Assembly: GCA_041739675.1 (NCBI GenBank)
Contig: JBGSNL010000041.1
Location: 54-64,053 of the forward strand
Origin: a bacterium
GTDB taxonomy: Bacteria; UBA10199; 2-02-FULL-44-16; DYJF01
DNA length: 64,000 nt
Direction: 5' to 3'
This document shows, piece after piece, positions 50,577 to 57,487 of this stretch. The translations under genes and the position numbers were made by a program. The first letter of the stretch is position 1, and each line of letters begins with the position of its first letter. The notes under the pieces were generated by a model. The model was given only the letters and a program-made list of their open reading frames with translations. It was not told the origin of the DNA and searched no databases.

Positions 50577-50650
50577 TAGTTGTAATAATCATAAATAGTA
50601 GTTGTAATATAGTTGTAATAATCATATAATAACGTTGTAATTAGGTTGTT
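50577..50650. promoter_or_regulatory. iterated GTTGTAAT boxes (5 copies, two as longer AGTTGTAATAATCATA units) in the AT-rich promoter region of the HTH-ATPase-STAS gene
   Basis: tagttgtaataatcataaatagtagttgtaatatagttgtaataatcatataataacgttgtaattaggttgttATG. Confidence 0.5.
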
Positions 50651-51682
50651 ATGGAATCACTTAAAACATTGATATTAAATGAGTTTAAGAAACGGAAACG
50701 GCTTAAAACGGCCGATTTGGCACGGGTGTATAATGTGACCTATCAAGCCATACAAAAGCATCTATCCGCTTTGGCAAAAGAAGGTCGAATTCTGAAATTG
50801 GGAAGCTCTAAAAGAAACACCTATTATGTCCTCAACACGTCGCGGGCTCTTGGCCAGATTTTTAAGGGCGCAAGAAAGTTTACGAAGAGCATCAAGGCGG
50901 ATGGCGCAAACGAGAATGATTTGCTTCTGGAGTTGGCCATGCAAGCGGGGATTCTTAACGGACTGTCAAGAAACGCCAGAATAAATTTTGATTACGCGTT
51001 CACTGAAATGATCAACAATGCGATAGATCATTCCGGGACCCGCCTCATCGATGTTAACGTTGATATCAATGAAGGACTGGTTTCATTCTGTGTTTCAGAT
51101 ACGGGCGTGGGAATATTCCAAAACCTTTGTGAGAAGCGAAATCTAAAAACTGAAATGGAGGCAATTCAAGATCTTCTGAAGGGCAAACAGACAACAATGC
51201 CGGAAAGGCATACCGGTGAGGGTATATTCTTCACATCAAAAATAGCCGATCGTTTTGTCATCGAAAGTCATAACAAACGTTTGATAATAGATAACAGTAT
51301 AAACGACATATTCATAGAGGACATTCGCTTTAATCAGGGAACATCTGTTTTTTTCGAAATGAGATCGGGTTCGACTAAACAATTGGGAGAGCTTTTCAGC
51401 CAATTTACAAAGGAGAATTTCAAATTTGACAAGAGCCAGGTCAAAGTAAAAATGTTTGCGACCGGCGAGTTGTATATTTCACGTTCGCAGGCAAAGCGGC
51501 TTGTTCATGCATTGGACCAGTTTGCCGAGATAGTGCTGGATTTCAAAGATATTGATACAATTGGGCAAGCGTTCGCAGATGAGGTATTCAGGATCTTTCA
51601 GGCGGATCATCCGAATATAAAAATCACACCGATCAACTGTAACGAGAACGTCGAATTCATGATCAAAAGAGCGAAATCCTGA
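50651..51682 (+). CDS. fusion protein: N-terminal winged HTH + GHKL/HATPase_c-like ATPase + C-terminal STAS-like (DUF4325-like) domain
   Basis: wHTH (..LKTADLARVYNVTYQAIQKHLSALAKEGRI..), an N-box NAIDHS, a G1 box DTGVGI, and a roughly 100-aa STAS-like C-terminal tail. The gene is AT-rich. Confidence 0.55.
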   Translation: MESLKTLILNEFKKRKRLKTADLARVYNVTYQAIQKHLSALAKEGRILKLGSSKRNTYYVLNTSRALGQIFKGARKFTKSIKADGANENDLLLELAMQAGILNGLSRNARINFDYAFTEMINNAIDHSGTRLIDVNVDINEGLVSFCVSDTGVGIFQNLCEKRNLKTEMEAIQDLLKGKQTTMPERHTGEGIFFTSKIADRFVIESHNKRLIIDNSINDIFIEDIRFNQGTSVFFEMRSGSTKQLGELFSQFTKENFKFDKSQVKVKMFATGELYISRSQAKRLVHALDQFAEIVLDFKDIDTIGQAFADEVFRIFQADHPNIKITPINCNENVEFMIKRAKS

Positions 51683-51702
51683 TCACTATATGCCGCCGAA
51701 CA

Positions 51703-51803
51703 CCCCAAAACGCCTGCCATGTCCGAATGTTCGCCCGCCCTGGCCCATCGCTAAATGGCTAAAATTGGAGAATTGTTCAGCCATTGCTACGTTAGCGGTG
51801 GTT
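51703..51803. repeat. palindromic intergenic repeat, copy A (family with 53382-53403 and 54320-54400)
   Basis: ccccaaaacgcc...cgctaaatggctaaaattggagaattgttcagccattgctacgttagcggtggtt. An imperfect palindrome; it ends 13 nt before the catalase stop. Confidence 0.75.
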
Positions 51804-51815
51804 TCGCTTCCGCGA

Positions 51816-53270
51816 TCACTCGCCTTTCACGCCCTTGACGATGCGGCAGCCGGTCTCCTCATCGATGTTGCGCCAATATTCGAACGCGCGTTTCAGTACG
51901 GGCCCGGACACGCCGTTTTTCAAGTGCCCCACCACGTTTGAAACCAGCCGGCTGCGAGCCGCATCGTCCATGACCTTGCGCACGAGGGCGCCGGGTTGTC
52001 CGAAATCGTCGTCGTCTTTGCGCTTGGTGTAGGCAGCTCGGATGAAGTCGCCGCTGGCGTTCCAGATATCTGCCTGAGGATAGTGCTCCGAGTCGGGCTT
52101 GGGGCCGCCCTTTGAATTGGGCGCATAGACCGGATCGGAAGCGTGATCGATCCGCATCGTACCGCCCTTGCCATAGTTGTGCACCGGCACCTTCGGCCGG
52201 TTGACCGGGATCTGCTTGTAGTTGACCCCCAAGCGCGCACGGTGCGCGTCGGAGTAGGAAACAAGGCGGGCGAGCAGCATCTTGTCGGGGCTGGGACCGA
52301 TCCCCGGCACTAGGTTATTCGGCTCGAATGCAGCCTGCTCGATCTCGCTGTGAAAATCGCTTGGATTACGGTTCAGGGTGAGCCGGCCCACTTCATGCGG
52401 AGGGTAGTCGCCGTGGGGCCAGACCTTGGTCAGATCAAAGGGGTTGAAGCGGTAGGTCCTGGCATCTTCAAACGGCATTATTTGGACTTCCAATGTCCAG
52501 CTGGGATAATCCTCCTGTTTGATCGCCTCGCAAAGATCGCGGCGGTGGTAATCGGCATCAACTCCGGCGATCCGGTCGGCCTCCTCCTGCGTAAGAAATT
52601 CTATGCCTTGGTTAGTCTTGAAGTGGTATTTCACCCAAAAGCGTTCGCCTTTGGCATTGATCCACATGTAAGTATGGCTAGTGTAGCCGTTCATGTGCCG
52701 ATAGCTTTTGGGGACCCCGCGATCGCTCATCAGAATGGTGACTTGATGGGCCGTCTCGGGCGACAGGGTCCAGAAATCCCACTGCATGTCGTTGTCGCGA
52801 AGGCCGTTGTCCGCCCTGCGCTTCTGGGAGTGGATGAAGTGCTGAAACTTCATCGGATCGCGCACGAAAAAAACGGGCGTGTTATTTCCCACCATATCGT
52901 AGTTGCCTTCGGTGGTGTAGAACTTGAGTGCAAATCCGCGCACGTCACGCCATGTGTCGGGACTGCCGCCTTCACCGGCCACCGTGGAGAACCGGGCCAG
53001 CACATCGGTCTTCGTGCCCGGCTGGAACAGAGCCGCCTTGGTGTAGGCGCTGATGTTCTTGGTTACCTCGAAGTGGCCAAAGGCCCCGGAACCCTTTGCG
53101 TGGGGCTGGCGGTCGGGAATCATCTCTCTGTTGAAGTTGGCCATCTGCTCCAAGAGATAATGGTCGTGCAGCAGGATGGGGCCGTCGGGCCCGACGGTCA
53201 GCGAAAACTCATCGCTGGATACCGGGATCCCGGCATCGGTTGTCGTGAATTTGCGGTCGTCGTTTTTCAT
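51816..53270 (-). CDS. katA: monofunctional heme catalase
   Basis: 484 aa with catalase core motifs (..RERIPERVVHAKG-like [22 protein letters not shown].., ..RLFSYSDAHR-like [10 protein letters not shown]). Confidence 0.9.
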   Translation of the reverse strand: MKNDDRKFTTTDAGIPVSSDEFSLTVGPDGPILLHDHYLLEQMANFNREMIPDRQPHAKGSGAFGHFEVTKNISAYTKAALFQPGTKTDVLARFSTVAGEGGSPDTWRDVRGFALKFYTTEGNYDMVGNNTPVFFVRDPMKFQHFIHSQKRRADNGLRDNDMQWDFWTLSPETAHQVTILMSDRGVPKSYRHMNGYTSHTYMWINAKGERFWVKYHFKTNQGIEFLTQEEADRIAGVDADYHRRDLCEAIKQEDYPSWTLEVQIMPFEDARTYRFNPFDLTKVWPHGDYPPHEVGRLTLNRNPSDFHSEIEQAAFEPNNLVPGIGPSPDKMLLARLVSYSDAHRARLGVNYKQIPVNRPKVPVHNYGKGGTMRIDHASDPVYAPNSKGGPKPDSEHYPQADIWNASGDFIRAAYTKRKDDDDFGQPGALVRKVMDDAARSRLVSNVVGHLKNGVSGPVLKRAFEYWRNIDEETGCRIVKGVKGE

Positions 53271-53381
53271 TGGGGTACCTCCTTTGAAAGCGATTGAAGC
53301 AGATTATCGGTCATGTTTACTCCTGTACGCACTCGATTGCAAGCGGAGGGAAAGTGGCATAAAGACAAGTGATGACGATGA

Positions 53382-53403
53382 TTCAGCCATTGCTCCGTTA
53401 CCC
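53382..53403. repeat. partial copy B of the palindromic repeat (20/20 identity with copy C half-site)
   Basis: ttcagccattgctccgttac; upstream of both catalase and the DJ-1 gene. Confidence 0.5.
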
Positions 53404-53504
53404 GCTAGTTCGGGGTTTACGCACCCATTTTTTCCGGTTGTTAAAAAATCATAAAATGTAGTAACGAAACGGGTGAACAACTTCCCGAGAAAAGACGGAT
53501 TGAT

Positions 53505-54275
53505 ATGCTGAAAAGATGCTTCATTTTATTGGCGGCCGCGGGTCTCTTTTCTTTGAATGCCCATGTCGTTTGGGCTGGGCAATCCGCAAAAGAGATCGGA
53601 AAGGACGATATGAAAAAGATATTGTTTGTGGTCACAAGCCACGCCGAGATGGGCAACACAGGGCTAAAAACCGGTTTTTACGTCCCCGAGCTCGCGCACC
53701 CGTACAATGTGCTGAGCAAAAAAGGATTTGCAATCGATATAGCGAGCCCCAAAGGGGGCGAGGCTCCGATAGACGGCATGGACCAGGCCGATGAGGCCAG
53801 CCGCGCATTTCTGAAGGAACATTCAAGGGAAATCCAGAACACCAAGAAGCTGAGCGATGTAAAGGCGTCGGACTACTCGGCCGTCTTGCTGGTCGGCGGC
53901 CACGGCACGATGTGGGATTTTCCGGACAACTCAAGTCTGGCAGGACTGATACGCTCGATATATGAAAACGGCGGAGTCGTGGCGGCAGTCTGCCATGGCC
54001 CTTCAGGGCTCGTGAACGTAAAACTCGCTGATGGGAAATATCTTGTGTCCGGCAAAAACGTGACCGGTTTTACAAACGGAGAAGAGAAGGAAATCAAACT
54101 CGATTCCGTGGTCCCCTTCCTTTTGGAGTCAAAACTCACTCAAGACGGGGCAAAGTTTAAGGGAGCCCCGAACTGGCAGGTCAATGTCGTTGTCGACAGG
54201 CGACTGGTCACGGGCCAGAATCCGGCATCTGCAGAGGAAGTGGGAACCGAAGTCGCAAAGCTTCTCTCACGATAG
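53505..54275 (+). CDS. DJ-1/PfpI (class I glutamine amidotransferase-like) family protein, secreted
   Basis: Signal peptide, a nucleophile elbow AAVCHGP, and similarity to Hsp31-like proteins. Confidence 0.7.
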   Translation: MLKRCFILLAAAGLFSLNAHVVWAGQSAKEIGKDDMKKILFVVTSHAEMGNTGLKTGFYVPELAHPYNVLSKKGFAIDIASPKGGEAPIDGMDQADEASRAFLKEHSREIQNTKKLSDVKASDYSAVLLVGGHGTMWDFPDNSSLAGLIRSIYENGGVVAAVCHGPSGLVNVKLADGKYLVSGKNVTGFTNGEEKEIKLDSVVPFLLESKLTQDGAKFKGAPNWQVNVVVDRRLVTGQNPASAEEVGTEVAKLLSR

Positions 54276-54319
54276 GAAGGCCGATCATTTCGCCCGTCGC
54301 CGCCGAAGGGCCTAAACCT

Positions 54320-54400
54320 CCCCAAAACGCCCGCCGTGCCCCCACCGCTAAATGGCTAACATTAGAGAATTATTCAGCCATTGCTCCGTTACGGGTGGTT
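54320..54400. repeat. palindromic intergenic repeat, copy C
   Basis: ccccaaaacgcccgccgtgcccccaccgctaaatggctaacattagagaattattcagccattgctccgttacgggtggtt. Confidence 0.75.
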
Positions 54401-54484
54401 CTTTTTTGCGCACAAAATTGGGAACCGCGCTGCCATTCTCGCCGAAATAATATAGTTAGCTCAGTTTTGCTGCGCTACTGATGG

Positions 54485-54558
54485 TTGAAACGCCTATTCG
54501 CTGCAAAGTGACATTCAATAATTTCAACTACTTATCTATATGGGGACTGTCCCCTTTA
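54485..54558. repeat. 74-bp REP-like direct repeat R1 ending in the palindrome ggggactgtcccc
   Basis: 71/74 identical to R2 (54813-54886). Confidence 0.85.
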
Positions 54559-54839
54559 AAGGGACCTGTCCCCGTGCTCCTCACTGGGCCGCGTGTGGCA
54601 GATACATTGAACTGAATCCCATCAGAGCAAACATCTGTAAACGGCCGGAAAAGTTTCCGTGGAGCAGCTATCATTATTATGCATCAGGCAAAGAAGATCC
54701 TTTGTTGCAACCGATCAAAGGAATGGCCGGCTGTGAAAAATGGGTGAAAGGCGTGGGAGCGCCTGATTATCGTAGTTTTATTCTGGAGGGGCTAAAAATG
54801 GACCAAAATGCCTTGAAACGCCTATTCTCTGCAAAGTGA
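54540..54839 (+). pseudogene. truncated IS200/RAYT-like (REP-associated tyrosine transposase) gene: C-terminal fragment only
   Basis: ..RAPHWAACGRYIELNPIRANICKRPEKFPWSSYHYY.. matches the Y1-transposase C-terminal region. The N-terminal HUH half is absent, and REP-like palindromes flank the fragment. Confidence 0.55.
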
Positions 54840-54886
54840 CATTCAATGATTTCAACTACTTATCTATACGGGGACTGTCCCCTTTA
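54813..54886. repeat. 74-bp REP-like direct repeat R2
   Basis: Lies 6 nt 3' of the stop of the minus-strand membrane-protein gene. Confidence 0.85.
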
Positions 54887-54891
54887 TCAGT

Positions 54892-55845
54892 TTACCGCAC
54901 GTCAAGCATGCGCCATAACGCATATAGTGAACTGTTGGCAGTAACAAGATCTATTCTCGTCCTCGCGGCACGTGGTTTCGGAGAGGCCGGGAGATAAACG
55001 GACATCTCACGGACTAAGGATGTTTTTGCTGGAACAATCTGGTCAATCAGAGAATCGTCTGCTCCAACGACGTGGCCAGCATCTTGCGCAGTGCTCGAGA
55101 GTATTGCCGAGACTGTCAACCATTCAGTCGTCGTATTATTTAGGGTTACCGAATATCTGACAAAATCCCCTTTGCGACCAACATACTCGAACTTCACGGG
55201 AAACTCACCCGGACCATAACTTTGACCGAGCAGCGAATTTGCAAATTTTTCAGCTCCCTGCCATCCATCGAGAGCCAGCAGATGGGCGCGATGCGCTCTC
55301 TCACCACTTATCATGTCCAACATCAATTCTGGGTGCCCCCCACTTGTAATAGTGTAGTAAAGTCCGTACAACGGAAATGCAAGAAAGACCAAAAGCGCTA
55401 GAATAATAACGGGCATCTGAGCTGGCGTTGGCGGAAGGTCTTCCGAACGTCTTTGGATCTTTCCTTTCGTCTCTCTTGAGATTAAGGAGACAATGTTATC
55501 GTTGTCAAAATCACCACCTTCAACAAGAACTACTGCATTCAGATCGTCAGTACCTGAGAGACGCTTAACTGTAAGAAGATTGTTGTCAACACTTAACTCA
55601 GGAATCGAACTCGCCAAGAGTGTGTATCTACGAGCAGGATCAAGCTCCAAAACTATATCTTTTTCCGATCTGACCCCACGATTGAAAATTGTTATTGTAA
55701 CTGTCTTTCCGCTGTCAGACAATGTTGAATACTGCAAGTACTTCGTAACAACATACAATCGTCGATGAAACCAGTAGTAGCCAAACAGAGCAACAATACC
55801 TGTCGAAACAACACCAATGAGGATCTGAAAGATGATCGTCATCAC
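54892..55845 (-). CDS. orphan membrane protein (N-terminal TM + central TM pair), hypothetical
   Basis: 317 aa with clearly lower GC. No recognisable domain. Confidence 0.45.
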   Translation of the reverse strand: MMTIIFQILIGVVSTGIVALFGYYWFHRRLYVVTKYLQYSTLSDSGKTVTITIFNRGVRSEKDIVLELDPARRYTLLASSIPELSVDNNLLTVKRLSGTDDLNAVVLVEGGDFDNDNIVSLISRETKGKIQRRSEDLPPTPAQMPVIILALLVFLAFPLYGLYYTITSGGHPELMLDMISGERAHRAHLLALDGWQGAEKFANSLLGQSYGPGEFPVKFEYVGRKGDFVRYSVTLNNTTTEWLTVSAILSSTAQDAGHVVGADDSLIDQIVPAKTSLVREMSVYLPASPKPRAARTRIDLVTANSSLYALWRMLDVR

Positions 55846-56017
55846 TTGACTCCGAAACAGCCATTAAACAGCTTTTAACCTAGCAAAACCAGAATAACAT
55901 TTGTGTTCCAATATCTACTCCCCTCCCCACCGCATTGCAAGATACTAGCTCAAAGCTCAAAGGTGAAAGGTCAAAGGAAGGCGGTGCGGGCCCGTGCGGG
56001 ACGGGGCTGCCAGCAAG

Positions 56018-56136
56018 GCCGATTGGCGAGGGACGATTACGACTATCGATTAACGATTAGCGATTTGACGATTATCGGTAATCATTAATCAGTAATCGAC
56101 AATCGTTAGTCGTAATCGATTATCGGTTAATCGGCT
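56018..56136. repeat. CGATTA/TAATCG-rich imperfect palindromic satellite, copy 1 (3' of the four-helix-bundle gene)
   Basis: gccgatt...aatcggc termini. The left half is CGATT-rich and the right half AATCG-rich. It shares the 3' block aatcgttagtcgtaatcgattatcggttaatcggct with copies 2 and 3. Confidence 0.8.
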
Positions 56137-56143
56137 TTAGAAG

Positions 56144-56476
56144 CTACGGCAGCAACCTAATTTCGCTATAGCTATGCAACACCGCTTCCTTGAATTCCGC
56201 TATTTCCAGTGGTTTGAAGAGGGAGAAAGAAGAGCAGAGATCAAGACAGGCGGAGACTTCCGCTAGTGAGCCAAGGGAAATCTGGAAGAAGCGCTTGCGC
56301 TCGGGAGTGCTGCGTTTGGCATTACCTTCAGCCAGATTCAGCACCGCCGACGTGAGTGCGCGCCTGAGCTGATCGGCCAGATTGCCATATCCCCGCGGCC
56401 AGCGGATCATCAGCCGCGCAATGCGTTCAGTAATCCCGACTAGGCGGTTGTAGCAATTGAGCTTTTCGTGGTTCAT
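56144..56476 (-). CDS. four-helix-bundle protein (TIGR02436-like)
   Basis: 110 aa (..ADQLRRALTSAVLNLAEGNAKRS..SLGSLAE..), typical of the family. Confidence 0.6.
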   Translation of the reverse strand: MNHEKLNCYNRLVGITERIARLMIRWPRGYGNLADQLRRALTSAVLNLAEGNAKRSTPERKRFFQISLGSLAEVSACLDLCSSFSLFKPLEIAEFKEAVLHSYSEIRLLP

Positions 56477-56594
56477 TTTTGCCCTCCTTTGTTTTGGTTG
56501 CCGTTTTCCGTCCTCTCACCCAAGGGAGGAGGACGAAAACGGCGACCAAACATGTGGAGGGCAACAGTGGCCACGAAAAGCGAAATTGCCGACA

Positions 56595-56712
56595 AGCCGA
56601 TTCGCGATGAACGATTACGACTATCGATGAACGATTGACGATTTGACGATCGATAATCGATGATCGGTAATCGCTAATCGTTAGTCGTAATCGATTATCG
56701 ATCAATCGGCTT
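56595..56712. repeat. CGATTA/TAATCG-rich palindromic satellite, copy 2 (3' of the ORF6N gene, overlapping its last codons)
   Basis: gccgattcgcgatgaacgattacgactatcgat...cgttagtcgtaatcgattatcgatcaatcggct. Confidence 0.8.
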
Positions 56713-57247
56713 TTCGCTCGCTTTTGTCCGCTACCGCAAACCCAATCTCCCTTTTCTTCGTTTCCGGCGGAATCATCATTTGCCTGATCGCATCGAATAG
56801 CGAGCAGATCGCTTTATCGTGGGTCGACAGTCTTTGCTCCAATTCGATAAGCTTTTGGGCCAGTTCCTTATGGGTTGCGAGCAATTCGCGGAGTTTGACA
56901 AAGGCGCGGACGACAAAAACGCTGGCTTCCACAGCACGCTCACTATTCAGGACATTCGCCGCCATTATGGCACCATGTTCGGTGAAGGCATAGGGTAACC
57001 ATGCGGAATACTTGATCTTTCTGAGGTGGTCACAATTTGTGACCACCTCGCCACGTTCACTCTCCGTCAGTTGAAACATAAAATCAGGGGGGAAACGGGC
57101 TATATTACGTCGAACAGCCTGATTCAGAGCCTTCGTTGTAACCCCATAGAGAGCAGCAAGGTCCGCATCGACGATAACCTTTTGTCCCCGAATCAGCAAA
57201 ATGCAGCTTTCGGCTCTTTCAATGGGAATGAGAGATCTTTCTTCCAT
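56702..57247 (-). CDS. ORF6N (KilA-N-like) domain protein
   Basis: ..IRGQKVIVDADLAALYGVTTKALNQAVRRNIARFPPDFMFQLT.. is a hallmark ORF6N N-terminus. Confidence 0.7.
   Translation of the reverse strand: MEERSLIPIERAESCILLIRGQKVIVDADLAALYGVTTKALNQAVRRNIARFPPDFMFQLTESERGEVVTNCDHLRKIKYSAWLPYAFTEHGAIMAANVLNSERAVEASVFVVRAFVKLRELLATHKELAQKLIELEQRLSTHDKAICSLFDAIRQMMIPPETKKREIGFAVADKSERKAD
57025..57049. promoter_or_regulatory. perfect 25-bp palindrome aggtggtcacaATTtgtgaccacct inside the ORF6N coding region
   Basis: 11-bp arms with a 3-nt spacer. A second, 7-8-bp-arm copy lies at 57278-57300. Confidence 0.5.
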
Positions 57248-57277
57248 AAGAACTCCGATCTAAATCGAGTTTATGAA

Positions 57278-57300
57278 CCGGTCACAATTTGTGACCACCT
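57278..57300. promoter_or_regulatory. palindrome ccggtcacaATTtgtgaccacct about 31 nt upstream of the ORF6N start codon: candidate operator
   Basis: Same core as 57025-57049. Located in the AT-rich promoter region. Confidence 0.45.
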
Positions 57301-57420
57301 TGACAATAGCAAGCGCTATGCCAATTTGCGGAATGTATAATTTATTGATTATTGGTGAGAATTTTTTGGAGTGGGTTTTAGGTAGTGCACGATTTTCGTG
57401 CAAGCTGCATGAAAACGCTG

Positions 57421-57486
57421 CAATCGATAATCGTCAAATCGTTAATCATTAATCGTTAGTCGTAATCGATTATCGGTTAATCGGCT
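57421..57486. repeat. CGATTA/TAATCG-rich satellite, copy 3 (short), ending 2 nt from the polA stop codon
   Basis: caatcgataatcgtcaaatcgttaatcattaatcgttagtcgtaatcgattatcggttaatcggct. Confidence 0.8.
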
Positions 57487-57487
57487 C

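Noticed and set aside
50577-50650. Possibility that the iterated GTTGTAAT boxes or the TAATCG satellites represent a CRISPR array
   Set aside because: They show no regular repeat-spacer periodicity, no unique spacers of uniform size, and no cas genes. They are better explained as operator sites and palindromic satellites respectively.
56427-56705. 92-aa ORF (and 57442-57630) starting MIDNRLRLTISDYRSSIIDRQ
   Set aside because: It is simply the translation of the TAATCG satellite; the same peptide appears at each repeat copy.
56018-57486. Canonical integron attC sites
   Set aside because: The overall logic (gene + 3' imperfect palindrome of variable length) fits, but the R''/R' core sequences (RYYYAAC / GTTRRRY) are not evident and no intI or attI is visible. 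It is kept as a finding but not called an integron.
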